A stretch of DNA of 64,000 nt. Source: Dehalococcoidia bacterium (GTDB taxonomy: Bacteria; Chloroflexota; Dehalococcoidia; SM23-28-2; RBG-16-64-32). Positions 41,760-52,948 of this stretch are shown piece by piece. The first letter of the stretch is position 1, and the number at the start of each line of letters is the position of its first letter. The stretch spans positions 41,102-105,101 of the forward strand of contig JBBDNA010000012.1 of the NCBI GenBank assembly GCA_040877915.1, in the 5' to 3' direction. The notes below the pieces were generated by a model, which was not told the DNA's origin, searched no databases, and saw nothing but the letters and a program-made list of their open reading frames with translations. Position numbers and translations under genes: made by a program.

Positions 41760-42436
41760 CCCGTGCGGACCGCCAGCCCCAGCCAGGCCGGCTCCATGAT
41801 GAACGAGATGTGCAGCCGCGGGTGGCGCGAGAGCTTCTCCGCATAGGCCTGGACGTCGGTCGCCCAGTCCGGGCCGGCAAACTGTGACCAGTCCGTCGTC
41901 GCGTCGCCGGCGAGGGCGTGCCGCAGCAGGAACCAGTTCGACATGACGAGCAGTCCGCCCGGCCGCAGCAGGTCGACTGCTCGTTCCAGGTACGGGGGCT
42001 CGCGGGCGAACCAGCCGTCGTCGTGGATCAAATCGTACGGCCCTGGGAGCGTCTGGAGAAGCTGCTCCCCCTCGCCGACCAGGACCTCCAGCCGCTCCGC
42101 CAGGCCGGCCTCGGCGACGAAGCGGCGGGCCACTTCGGCGTGCTCGGGGAAGCGGTCTATCGTCTCGACACGTGCCTCAGGCCCGGCGGCATCGGCGAGC
42201 CAGAGGGCGCTATAGCCCAGCCCGCAGCCGATCTCGAGGATGCGCCTGGATGCGGTGGCGCGAACGAGGGTGGAGATGAACCGCATCTTGACCGGCGCGC
42301 CCGGGTAGACCTCGCAGTCCGGGCCGTGGGCTTCGCGGTGCTCGTTGGACGCGCGGTAGACGTGGGCGAAGGGGTCGCCGCCGTAGAGGTCGAGGAGAAA
42401 AGAGGAGATGAGCTCGGCGTCGGATGATTTCGGCAT
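41756..42436 (-). CDS. class I SAM-dependent O-methyltransferase (caffeoyl-CoA OMT-like)
   Basis: ILEIGCGLGYSALWLA motif I and DLIHDDG, typical of Methyltransf_3/24. Confidence 0.85.
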   Translation of the reverse strand: MPKSSDAELISSFLLDLYGGDPFAHVYRASNEHREAHGPDCEVYPGAPVKMRFISTLVRATASRRILEIGCGLGYSALWLADAAGPEARVETIDRFPEHAEVARRFVAEAGLAERLEVLVGEGEQLLQTLPGPYDLIHDDGWFAREPPYLERAVDLLRPGGLLVMSNWFLLRHALAGDATTDWSQFAGPDWATDVQAYAEKLSRHPRLHISFIMEPAWLGLAVRTG

Positions 42437-42474
42437 CTGTCCTCGATTCTAGAGCGTCCCGTCGGCCCGCCAGG

Positions 42475-43134
42475 CTAGACCACGTAGGCGGCGACGAGGG
42501 CGAAGTGGAGAGCGCTGCCGGCGACGACGAGCAGGTGGAACACCTCGTGGTAGCCGAAGACGCGGGGGAACGGGTCCGGCCGTTGGGCTGCGTAGACGAT
42601 GCCGCCCAGCGTGTACATGACGCCGCCCAGGGCCAGCAACGCCAGCGGGAGGATAGTAAACCAGTCGAGGAGTTCCGTGGTGGCGACGAGGGCCACCCAG
42701 CCCACGCCGACGTAGAGCGCGACGCTGAGCCAGCGCGGCCCGTCCGGCCAGACCAGCTTCAGCGCGACACCGGCGCCGGCCAGCCCCCAGACCACGGCCA
42801 GCATGCTGATCCCCCAGGCCGTGTCGAGTACCGCTAAGCAGAACGGCGTGTACGTCCCGGCGATGAGCAGGAAGATCGTCGAGTGGTCCAGCCGCTTGAC
42901 GATGTCGCGGAGGCGCGGCGTCCAGGTGATGCGGTGGTAGGCAGCGCTCGTGGCGTACAGCAGTACGAGGGATGACGCGAAGATCGCGCCGCCGACGTAG
43001 GCCGCGGGCGAACTGGCCAGCAGCACGAGGACCACGATGCCGACGACTGCGGCGAACGCGGCGACCAGGTGGAAGACACCACGGAGGAGGGGGCGCTGCT
43101 CGGGGCTGAGGAGGGCCTGGTCGGGAGCAGGCAT
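42475..43134 (-). CDS. hemolysin III / PAQR family channel protein
   Basis: Seven TM helices. HLVAAF near the N terminus and HEVFHLLVVAGSALHF at the C terminus. I chose ATG at 43134. The upstream part of the track ORF overlaps the gyrB 3' end. Confidence 0.85.
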   Translation of the reverse strand: MPAPDQALLSPEQRPLLRGVFHLVAAFAAVVGIVVLVLLASSPAAYVGGAIFASSLVLLYATSAAYHRITWTPRLRDIVKRLDHSTIFLLIAGTYTPFCLAVLDTAWGISMLAVVWGLAGAGVALKLVWPDGPRWLSVALYVGVGWVALVATTELLDWFTILPLALLALGGVMYTLGGIVYAAQRPDPFPRVFGYHEVFHLLVVAGSALHFALVAAYVV

Positions 43135-43157
43135 ACGGCGCGCTACCGGGCCGGGGC

Positions 43158-45107
<1,950 letters not shown>

Positions 45108-45159
45108 TATCTAAACGTATTGAGCAGCCAATAGTTTCCCTGTTCACAATAGGCGCGGC

Positions 45160-46374
45160 ATGACCGAATCGCCTCTCAGTGTCGACGATCGCGACTCGCC
45201 CGTCCCCGGCGTCAAACGCCCGGTGTTCGTTCTCGGGGTCGTCTCCTTCCTTACCGACGTTTCCTCCGAGATGGTGTACCCGCTCGTGCCTCTCTTCCTC
45301 ACGTCGGTGCTGGGGGCGCCGCTGGCGGCCGTTGGGTTGATCGAGGGGCTCGCCGAGGGTGCGGGCGCTATGTTCAAGACGCTGGGAGGCTGGGCATCGG
45401 ACCGGCTGCGGATGCGTCGGCCCCTGGTGGTCGCGGGCTACGCGCTCTCGGCGGCGGCGAAGCCCCTGCTGGCGGCGGCGAGCGCTTGGCCGATGGTGAT
45501 GGCCGTACGGTTCGCCGACCGTACGGGGAAGGGGATCCGCACCGCGCCGCGGGACGCCCTGGTGGCGGATGCCACGCCACCGGAGCTGCGCGGCCGTGCC
45601 TTCGGGTTCCATCGCTCGGCGGACACGCTTGGGGCGGTGGTCGGCCCGGCCGTCGCGCTGGGGCTGCTAGCCGCCTTCGACGACAACTTCCGGCTCATAT
45701 TCCTCGTTGCGCTGGCGCCGGCCTTAGCAGGGGTGGCGCTGCTGGCGTTAGTCAGGGAGCGACCGCCGGCCCCGCCAGCCGAAACGCCACACCGGAGCTG
45801 GCAGGGGCTGGGGCCCGGCTTCTACTTGTTCCTCGCCATCAGCCTCCTGTTCGCACTGGGGAACAGCAGCGACGCCTTCCTCTTGCTGCGGGCGAAGGAC
45901 CTGGGCCTGGGGAACAGTGAGGTAGTGCTGAGCTACGTGCTGTTCAACTGCGTCTACGCATTGGGGGCGATGCCCGCGGGCGTTGTATCCGACAGGCTGG
46001 GCCGCTGCGGCGTGATAGCCGGCGGGTTCGGGGTGTTCGCTGCCGTGTACCTGGGCCTGGCGCTGGCCGGGTCCAGTACGCCCGTGTGGCCCCTGTTCGC
46101 GGTCTACGGGCTGCACATGGCGCTCACGGAAGGCGTTGGCCGCGCCTTCGTCGCCGACTTCGTCCCGAGCGACCGACGGGCGACGGCATTGGGCGTCTAC
46201 CAGGGCGCCCTGGGCGCGATGATTCTGGTGTCCAGCGTGATAGCGGGCACCCTCTGGGACCTCGTGGACCCGGCGGCACCGTTTGTCCTCGGCGGTGCGA
46301 CGGCGTCTGCGGCGCTGATAGGGATGCTGATCCTGAGGCCGCAAGCCCCTGTATCCGCCGCGCGCCCCGGCTGA
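45160..46374 (+). CDS. MFS transporter
   Basis: About 12 TM helices, with a GWASDRLRMRRP loop between TM2 and TM3. Confidence 0.85.
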   Translation: MTESPLSVDDRDSPVPGVKRPVFVLGVVSFLTDVSSEMVYPLVPLFLTSVLGAPLAAVGLIEGLAEGAGAMFKTLGGWASDRLRMRRPLVVAGYALSAAAKPLLAAASAWPMVMAVRFADRTGKGIRTAPRDALVADATPPELRGRAFGFHRSADTLGAVVGPAVALGLLAAFDDNFRLIFLVALAPALAGVALLALVRERPPAPPAETPHRSWQGLGPGFYLFLAISLLFALGNSSDAFLLLRAKDLGLGNSEVVLSYVLFNCVYALGAMPAGVVSDRLGRCGVIAGGFGVFAAVYLGLALAGSSTPVWPLFAVYGLHMALTEGVGRAFVADFVPSDRRATALGVYQGALGAMILVSSVIAGTLWDLVDPAAPFVLGGATASAALIGMLILRPQAPVSAARPG

Positions 46375-46527
46375 ACGCTCGTGCGGTAGGAACGGTGAAC
46401 GATGTCGCTCTCGTCGGCCCGGATCGGCCCATTTTTCGGCGAGAGCGTGGTTTGAATCGCTTGCTACTTTGGCAGCGAGACGAGGTGGCGCCGGTTTGCC
46501 CGGCGCAAAGCAGAGAGGAGAGTGCCA

Positions 46528-46818
46528 ATGCTCAGCGTGACCGAGAAGGCCGTCGACGCCCTCGCCCAGAGTCTGGACGAGGCTGAGGCCAAGGACGATC
46601 AGAGCCTGCGCCTGTCCCGCTCTCCCAGGGGGGAATACGGGCTGGCTATCGACCAGGAGCGCGACGGCGACCAGGTCGTGCGTCAGAAGAAGCGGCCGAT
46701 ACTGCTTATCGACCAGGAGGTCTCCAACCGGCTGGACGGCGCCGTCCTGGACCTCATCGAGGCGCCGGAGGGCATTCGCCTCACCCTGCGCACGGAGGAA
46801 GCCAGGCCGACCTCCTAG
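46528..46818 (+). CDS. HesB/IscA-like fold protein lacking cluster-ligand cysteines, hypothetical
   Basis: MLSVTEKAVDALAQSL...LRLS...ILLIDQEVSNRLDGAVLDLIE follows the IscA pattern, but the protein has no Cys. The ATG lies 7 nt after GGAGAG. Confidence 0.5.
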   Translation: MLSVTEKAVDALAQSLDEAEAKDDQSLRLSRSPRGEYGLAIDQERDGDQVVRQKKRPILLIDQEVSNRLDGAVLDLIEAPEGIRLTLRTEEARPTS

Positions 46819-46863
46819 CCTCACCTGGCATCGCCACGCCGCCCGCACTATCATGGGTGGGCG

Positions 46864-47304
46864 ATGACCAGGAAACGCCGCGGCGACCCCTGGATGCCCG
46901 CCGACCGCTACGGCCGGTCGCTGCCCGCGTTCACGATAAACCTCATCGTCGCCGACATACCGCGCGCCGTATCCTTCTACCGCGAGGTGCTGGGTGCCCA
47001 GGAGCGCTACTCCGACCCGGACTTCGCCGCGATGCATGTCCTCGGCGTCGACTTTATGCTGCACGCCGACCACTCCTACGACGGCCACCCCTGGTTCGCG
47101 CGGCTGTCCGCGGGTGAGGGCCGCGGCCTGGGGGCGGAGCTGCGGCTGCTGGGCGTCGACCCCGACGCCATCGAGGCCACGGCGCGAACCCGTGGCGATG
47201 CCGTCCTCGCGCCGGCCACGGACAAGGGCCACGGCTGGCGCGAGACCTGGGTCCAGGACCCCGACGGCTACGTTTGGGCTGCCGGAGCGGCCAGGGGAGG
47301 GTAA
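46864..47304 (+). CDS. VOC (glyoxalase/bleomycin-resistance) family protein
   Basis: FTINLIVADIPRAVSFYREVLG and the C-terminal WVQDPDGYVW are typical of VOC modules. Confidence 0.75.
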   Translation: MTRKRRGDPWMPADRYGRSLPAFTINLIVADIPRAVSFYREVLGAQERYSDPDFAAMHVLGVDFMLHADHSYDGHPWFARLSAGEGRGLGAELRLLGVDPDAIEATARTRGDAVLAPATDKGHGWRETWVQDPDGYVWAAGAARGG

Positions 47305-47307
47305 CGT

Positions 47308-47835
47308 ATGCTGGACCGATTGCGCCGAATCATATCGGGGCCGGCGACGGTGGAGCCCCCGCCGCTGGACGAGATCACCCTGCGGCCGATCGGGGTGGTG
47401 CGCAACAGCGTGAAGGAGCCAATGTCCGGCGGCTGGGAAAACGTCAAATCGCGCATCGTCCTGCGGCCGGAGCTGGCGGACGCCCTGCTGGGGCTGGACC
47501 AGTATTCGCACATCCAGGTGCTGTTCTGGCCCCACCTCATCCCGGAGGAGGTGCGCGGCTCCAAGCCCCGTCTGCACCCGATGGACGACCCGGCCAACCC
47601 CACACAGGGAGTGCTGGCCACGCGCGCCCAGATCCGCTACAACCCCATCCTGCTGTCCGTCGTGCCGTTGGAGAAGGTAGACGGGAACGTGTTGCGCGTG
47701 CGGGGCCTCGACGCCGTAGACGGCTCGCCGGTGCTGGACATCAAGCCCTACATCCCGCCCTACGACGCGGTGGCCGAGGCCACGGTACCGGAGTGGATTC
47801 TGGCCCTGCGACAGCGCCGCGACGAGCGAGCGTGA
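47308..47835 (+). CDS. trmO: tRNA (N6-threonylcarbamoyladenosine(37)-N6)-methyltransferase TrmO
   Basis: LRPIGVVRN, GVLATRAQIRYNPI and DAVDGSPVLDIKPYIP match the YaeB/UPF0066 signature. Confidence 0.88.
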   Translation: MLDRLRRIISGPATVEPPPLDEITLRPIGVVRNSVKEPMSGGWENVKSRIVLRPELADALLGLDQYSHIQVLFWPHLIPEEVRGSKPRLHPMDDPANPTQGVLATRAQIRYNPILLSVVPLEKVDGNVLRVRGLDAVDGSPVLDIKPYIPPYDAVAEATVPEWILALRQRRDERA

Positions 47836-48551
47836 CACCGGGCGAGCGCCTGCTCGACGTCTACCGCCGCTTGCTCGACGCTTACGGGCCCCAGGGCTGG
47901 TGGCCGGGCGACTCCCCGTTCGAGGTGATGGCCGGCGCTGTCCTCACGCAGTCCGCCGCCTGGGCCAACGTTGAGAAGGCGCTGGCGAACTTGAAATCGG
48001 CGGGCGCGCTGTCCCTGGAGGGCATCGAGGCGCTGAGCGAAGCGGAGCTGGCCCGGCTGCTGTACCCGGCCGGCTACCACAACGCCAAGGCCCGCAAGCT
48101 GAAGGCGCTGGCAGGGCTCGTGCGCTCGCGGTTCGGCGGCGATCTCGGCCGGATGCTCGCCACGCCGGCGGCAGAGCTGCGGCCGCTGCTGCTGGCCACG
48201 CACGGGATCGGGCCGGAGACCGCGGACGCCATCCTCCTGTACGCCGCCGGCCGGGCGTCCTTCGTCGTCGACGCCTACACACGGCGTATCTTCTCGCGGC
48301 TGGGCGTCGAGCCGGACGCCGGTACGTACGAGGCCTGGCGGGCGCTGTTCGAGTCGAACCTGGCGCCGGACGCGCCGCTGTTCAACGAGTACCACGCGCT
48401 GATCGTGCGCCACGGCAAGGACGTCTGCCGCCGGGAGCCGTTGTGCGCGGGCTGCGTCCTGCTTGACCTCTGCGAGACGGGACGGGCTCGCACACTTGGA
48501 GCGTCGGGCTCCGGCCTGACCAGGGCCCCGGCTGCTATGATCGAGACGTGA
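47832..48551 (+). CDS. endonuclease III-related HhH-GPD protein
   Basis: HhH motif THGIGPETADAILLY and the C-terminal four-Cys cluster CRREPLCAGCVLLDLC. GTG overlaps the trmO stop (GTGA). Confidence 0.85.
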   Translation: MTPGERLLDVYRRLLDAYGPQGWWPGDSPFEVMAGAVLTQSAAWANVEKALANLKSAGALSLEGIEALSEAELARLLYPAGYHNAKARKLKALAGLVRSRFGGDLGRMLATPAAELRPLLLATHGIGPETADAILLYAAGRASFVVDAYTRRIFSRLGVEPDAGTYEAWRALFESNLAPDAPLFNEYHALIVRHGKDVCRREPLCAGCVLLDLCETGRARTLGASGSGLTRAPAAMIET

Positions 48552-49057
48552 CTTCCATCAGCGACTCTCGCGGCGTCCTGGTCACCGCCGACGAAGCTGA
48601 GACCCTCCTCCTCCCCAACAACGTCACGAAACTATTCGCGGAGGGGGCGCAGACCGGCGGCGCCTTCAGCGCCATCCGCGCCTCGCTGGCGCCCGCCGCG
48701 GACGGCGCGCGCCCGCACCACCACGCCCGGGCGGCCGAGCTGTTCTTCGTCATCGGCGGCTGTGTCGACATCCTGGTCGGCGACGCGGTTGTTACGGCGA
48801 AGGCCGGCGACCTCGCCGTCGTCGCGCCGATGACGATGCACGCCTTCGCCAACGGCAGCAAGGCCGAGCCCCTCGATCTGCTTATCGTGTTCGGCCCCGG
48901 CATCGAGCGCTTCGACTACTTCCGCCTGCTCCGTGACGTGGTGGCGGGAAAGGCCAGCATGGCCGACGTCCTGGCGAACCAGGAGCGCTTCGACAACTGG
49001 TTCGGCGATAGCCCCGTCTGGACGGCGCACCGCCAATCGCGTCAAGACGGCGGGTGA
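48548..49057 (+). CDS. cupin domain protein
   Basis: RPHHHARAAELFFVIGG and the second cupin motif region MTMHAFAN. GTG overlaps the previous stop (GTGA). Confidence 0.8.
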   Translation: MTSISDSRGVLVTADEAETLLLPNNVTKLFAEGAQTGGAFSAIRASLAPAADGARPHHHARAAELFFVIGGCVDILVGDAVVTAKAGDLAVVAPMTMHAFANGSKAEPLDLLIVFGPGIERFDYFRLLRDVVAGKASMADVLANQERFDNWFGDSPVWTAHRQSRQDGG

Positions 49058-49207
49058 GCGGCCAACCGCCGCTGGTGAAACATTCGCACGATATTAGCGT
49101 CTTTATATATCGACGTGAGATGCACGAAAGACGCCGGAGAACGCGTGTAACAACACGCGTGTCCGTGCGTCTATTGTTTTGGTCCCAAACCCTCCCTTTT
49201 GGGCTCG

Positions 49208-49247
49208 TCACAGGAAAGCTACCGGCAGCTTTCCTGTGATGCTTTTA
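49208..49247 (+). terminator. strong intrinsic terminator
   Basis: TCACAGGAAAGCT-accggc-AGCTTTCCTGTGA (13-bp perfect stem) followed by TGCTTTTA. Confidence 0.7.
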
Positions 49248-49360
49248 GGGGCCTGAACACCGGCTCCTCAACCCCTCCCAACGGCCCCGCAACTCCCCTT
49301 CGCTCCCCGCTGTTGACCGCGCTCGCCTCGCCCGCATAACCTGCGCCTGAGGAGGCGCTA

Positions 49361-50437
49361 TTGGACATCGCCATCGTCGGGCCGGCGCAGTCCGGCAAGA
49401 CCGCCGTATACACGGCCCTGGCCCATGGCCACGCCCAGCAGGGCGGCGACCGTCGCGAAAGCGTGGCGACGGTCAAGATCCCGGACGAGCGGCTCGGGAA
49501 GCTGGCCGCGCTCGTCGGCTCGAAGAAGGTGACGCCGGCCGAGGTTCGGCTGTACGACCTGCCGGCTCTGTTTCAGGAGGGCCGCGCCGCTTCCGGCGAG
49601 GTGGCGGAGTCGCTGTCTCGCGCCGACGGGCTGATCCTCGTCGCGCGGGCGTTCCGCCGGCCCGACGTCCCCCACGCCAGAGGCGACGTCGACGCGGCGC
49701 GGGACATCGCCGAGTTCGAGGCCGAGATGCTCCTGCACGACCTCGACATCGTCGAGCGGCGGCTGGACAAGGTGGACACAACGGTGCGCTCGGCCAAGCC
49801 CGGCGAGCGCGAGGCCGGCCAGCGCGAGCAGGAGCTGCTCCGGCGCACCCGCGAACGCCTCTCGGCGGAGCGGCCGCTGCGCGACGACACTCCCGCCGAC
49901 GACGCCAGGGGGCTCTCGAACTACGGGCTGCTGTCGTTGAAGCCGCTGCTCATCGTCGTCAACCTGGACGAGGACGACATCGGCCGGGCGGCGGAGATCG
50001 AGTCGGAGTACGGGGAGCGGTTCGGCTCGGCGAAGACGTTCGTCGGGTCGATGTGCGGGAGGCTGGAGGCGGAGCTGGCGGAGCTGGAGCCGGACGAGGC
50101 GGCGGCGTTCCGCCGCGAGCTGGGGGCGGGCGAGCCGGCGGCGCCGCAACTGCTGTCGCGGGCCCAGGAGATGCTGGGGCTGATCACGTTCTTCACAGCG
50201 GGCGAGACGGAGGCGCGGGCCTGGCCGCTGCCGGCGGGGTCCACGGCGCTGGAGGCTGCCGGCCGCATCCACAGCGACATCGAACGCGGGTTCATCCGCG
50301 CCGAGACGATCGGCTGGGAGGAGCTGCTGCAGTTCGGCTCGGAGGCGGAGGCCAGGAAGCACGGCCGCCTACGCGTGGAGGGCAAGGGCTACGTCGTCCA
50401 GGACGGGGATGTGCTGCACGTGCTGTTCAGCGTGTAG
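49361..50437 (+). CDS. ychF: YchF-like ribosome-binding ATPase/GTPase
   Basis: C terminus RGFIRAETIGWEELLQFGSEAEARKHGRLRVEGKGYVVQDGDVLHVLF matches the YchF TGS-like domain. The G1 motif is divergent (GPAQSGKT). TTG start 5 nt after GAGGAGG. Confidence 0.85.
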   Translation: MDIAIVGPAQSGKTAVYTALAHGHAQQGGDRRESVATVKIPDERLGKLAALVGSKKVTPAEVRLYDLPALFQEGRAASGEVAESLSRADGLILVARAFRRPDVPHARGDVDAARDIAEFEAEMLLHDLDIVERRLDKVDTTVRSAKPGEREAGQREQELLRRTRERLSAERPLRDDTPADDARGLSNYGLLSLKPLLIVVNLDEDDIGRAAEIESEYGERFGSAKTFVGSMCGRLEAELAELEPDEAAAFRRELGAGEPAAPQLLSRAQEMLGLITFFTAGETEARAWPLPAGSTALEAAGRIHSDIERGFIRAETIGWEELLQFGSEAEARKHGRLRVEGKGYVVQDGDVLHVLFSV

Positions 50438-50481
50438 TCCCCTTTACCCCTCCCCCCGCGCGTCGTACGATAGCGCACGTT

Positions 50482-51516
50482 GTGAAAGCCGTCACGTTCC
50501 AGGGCGCCGGCAACGTCGAGGTCCGCGACGTCGACGAGCCCGCCCTCAAGGACCCCACCGACGTCATCGTGCGCGTGACGGCGTCCGCCATCTGCGGCAC
50601 CGACCTCCACGTCTACCACGGCCGCATCCCCATGCCGGCCACCGGCTGGGTGCTGGGCCACGAGTACGTCGGCGAGATCGTCGAGACCGGCGAGGGCGTG
50701 TCGAGCTTCAAGCCCGGCGACCGTGTCGTCGGCGCGCCCTTCTCGTCCTGTGGGGAGTGCGACGACTGCCTTCGCGGCTGGCCCAGCCAGTGCCTCAAGC
50801 AGCTGCACTTCGGCACTTTTATGCTGGCCGGCGCCCAGGCGGAGTACGTCCGCGTCCCCTTCGGCGGCTACACGCTGGTGCTCGTGCCCGGCGCGCTCTC
50901 CGACGAGCAGGCGATCCTGGCCGGCGACGTGCTCTCGACGGGCTACTTCGCGGCCGAACGGGGCGACATCAAGCCCGGCGACAGCGTCGTCGTCGTCGGC
51001 AGCGGGCCGGTGGGGCTGGCGGCGCAGATGAGCGCCCGTCTGTTCGATCCGAGGACCGTCATCGCCATCGATTCGGTGCCGGAGCGGCTGGAGCTGGCCC
51101 GTCGCATCGGCTCCGAGCCGGTGAACTTGGCGTCGGACGACGCGATCGCGTTCGTGCGGGAGCGTACCGGCGGTCGCGGGGCGGAGGTCGTGCTGGAGGC
51201 GGTGGGCCGCGAGGACGCGCTGCGCAGCTGCTTCCTGTACGTGCGCCCGGCCGGGACGATCAGCGCCGTCGGCGTGTATTCGGAGCCGGAGTTCCCGTTC
51301 CCGATGTTCAAGGCCTATCTGCAGGACCTGACCTTCCGCATCGGCGGCTGCCCGGTGCGGGCCTACATGCCGAAGGTGCTGGGGCTCATCGAGGAGGGGA
51401 AGCTGGACCCGACGGTCATTCTCACCCACACCCTGCCCCTGGCCGAGGCCGCCCGTGCCTACGAGATGTTCGCCGAGCGAAGGGACGGCTGCGTGAAGGT
51501 CGTCCTGAAGCCGTAG
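50482..51516 (+). CDS. zinc-dependent alcohol dehydrogenase family protein
   Basis: CGTDLH, GHEYVGEIVETG, structural-Zn Cys residues CGECDDC, and Rossmann VVVVGSGPVGL. GTG start at 50482. The upstream part of the track ORF is out-of-context Gly/Arg junk overlapping ychF. Confidence 0.9.
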   Translation: MKAVTFQGAGNVEVRDVDEPALKDPTDVIVRVTASAICGTDLHVYHGRIPMPATGWVLGHEYVGEIVETGEGVSSFKPGDRVVGAPFSSCGECDDCLRGWPSQCLKQLHFGTFMLAGAQAEYVRVPFGGYTLVLVPGALSDEQAILAGDVLSTGYFAAERGDIKPGDSVVVVGSGPVGLAAQMSARLFDPRTVIAIDSVPERLELARRIGSEPVNLASDDAIAFVRERTGGRGAEVVLEAVGREDALRSCFLYVRPAGTISAVGVYSEPEFPFPMFKAYLQDLTFRIGGCPVRAYMPKVLGLIEEGKLDPTVILTHTLPLAEAARAYEMFAERRDGCVKVVLKP

Positions 51517-51556
51517 GTGGCGGCGCCTGAGAGTACGGCGGATAATACCCCTAGAT

Positions 51557-52948
51557 ATGAGACGCATCGCAGCGATAGCCGCGGCCAAGACCGCCGCGGC
51601 CTTGAGCCAGACGCTACGCCTGGGCGGGGGCACCGCGCTCCCCGGCCTCGTCGCCGAGCGCGTCGACCCGAAGATCGTGCCGGAGATGGCGGGACGGCTG
51701 GGCCAGGGCAGCGTCATCGTCACCGGCACCAACGGCAAGACGACGACCTCGCGCCTGGTCCGCAGCATCGCGCGGGCGGCCGGACTGCGGCCGGTGGCCA
51801 ACCGCGCCGGCTCGAACCTGATGCGCGGCATCGCCGCGGCGCTGGCGGAGGCGGCGCGGCTGGACGGTGGCTTCTCGCAGGCCAAGCGCTGCGTCGGCGT
51901 GTTCGAGGTCGACGAGGCGACGGTGCCGGAGGCGGCGCGGGCGCTGCGGCCCCGCGTCATCGTGTTCACGAACCTGTTCCGCGACCAGCTGGACCGCTAC
52001 GGCGAGGTGGAGCACGTGGCCGAGATCTGGCGCCAGGCCGTGCGCGAGCTGGACCACCGCGCGACGGTTGTCCTCAACAGCGACGACCCTTCGATCGCGT
52101 CGCTGGCCCGCGTCGTGCCCGGCGACGTCCTGTTCTACGGAATGGAGGACACGGAGCCGGCGCAGTACACGCTGGGCCACGCCGCCGACGCCCGCTGGTG
52201 CACCTCCTGCGGCGGCGAGCTGGAGTACTCCGCCGTGTTCTACGGCCACCTGGGCCACTGGCGCTGCCCGCAGTGCGGGACCGCGAGGCTGGCGCCGCGC
52301 GTGGCGGCGACGCGGGTTCGGCCCGACGGCGAGGGCACGGCGCTGACCGTCCAGATGCTGGGCGAGGAGGTGCCGGCGCGCCTACCGTTGACCGGACTGT
52401 ACAACGCCTACAACGCGCTGGCCGCCGTCGCTGTGGCCTCAGCCTTGGGGATCGAGCCGGCCGCCATCGGGCGCGGTCTGACCTCGGTCACGGCCGCGTT
52501 CGGGCGGCAGGAGCGGATGACCGTGGGCAAGCGGCGGGTGCAGGTCATCCTGGCCAAGAACCCGGCGGGGCTGAACGAGGTCCTGCGCACGATTACGGCC
52601 GATGGTTCGGACGTCAACGTGGCGTTGTTCCTCAACGATGACATCGCCGACGGGCGGGACGTGTCCTGGATCTGGGACGTGGACTTCGACCTGCTGGCCG
52701 GGCACGTGGGCTCGCTCACGGTGTCCGGTAACCGCGCCTGGGACATGGCGCTGCGCCTGAAGTACGCGGGGCTGGACTCGCTGCCGGACGTCGGCGAGGA
52801 CGCCGCCGCGGCGCTGCGCCAGGCCCTCAGGTCGACGCCGGAGGGCGGCGACCTGTACGTCATCCCCACCTACACGGCGATGCTGAAGGTGCGGGAGCTC
52901 CTGGCGCGCTGGGCGAAGAAACCCGCCTTCTGGGAGGAGCGGTCGTAG
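51557..52948 (+). CDS. murT: lipid II isoglutaminyl synthase, Mur-ligase-like subunit MurT
   Basis: VTGTNGKTTT, Cys4 ribbon CTSCGGEL...HWRCPQCG, and a DUF1727-like C terminus. Confidence 0.88.
   Translation: MRRIAAIAAAKTAAALSQTLRLGGGTALPGLVAERVDPKIVPEMAGRLGQGSVIVTGTNGKTTTSRLVRSIARAAGLRPVANRAGSNLMRGIAAALAEAARLDGGFSQAKRCVGVFEVDEATVPEAARALRPRVIVFTNLFRDQLDRYGEVEHVAEIWRQAVRELDHRATVVLNSDDPSIASLARVVPGDVLFYGMEDTEPAQYTLGHAADARWCTSCGGELEYSAVFYGHLGHWRCPQCGTARLAPRVAATRVRPDGEGTALTVQMLGEEVPARLPLTGLYNAYNALAAVAVASALGIEPAAIGRGLTSVTAAFGRQERMTVGKRRVQVILAKNPAGLNEVLRTITADGSDVNVALFLNDDIADGRDVSWIWDVDFDLLAGHVGSLTVSGNRAWDMALRLKYAGLDSLPDVGEDAAAALRQALRSTPEGGDLYVIPTYTAMLKVRELLARWAKKPAFWEERS

Noticed and set aside
49054-49239. 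61-aa ORF overlapping the candidate sRNA region.
   Set aside because: It starts inside the cupin stop region without an SD. It is Arg-rich and ends inside the terminator stem. The region is better explained as structured RNA.
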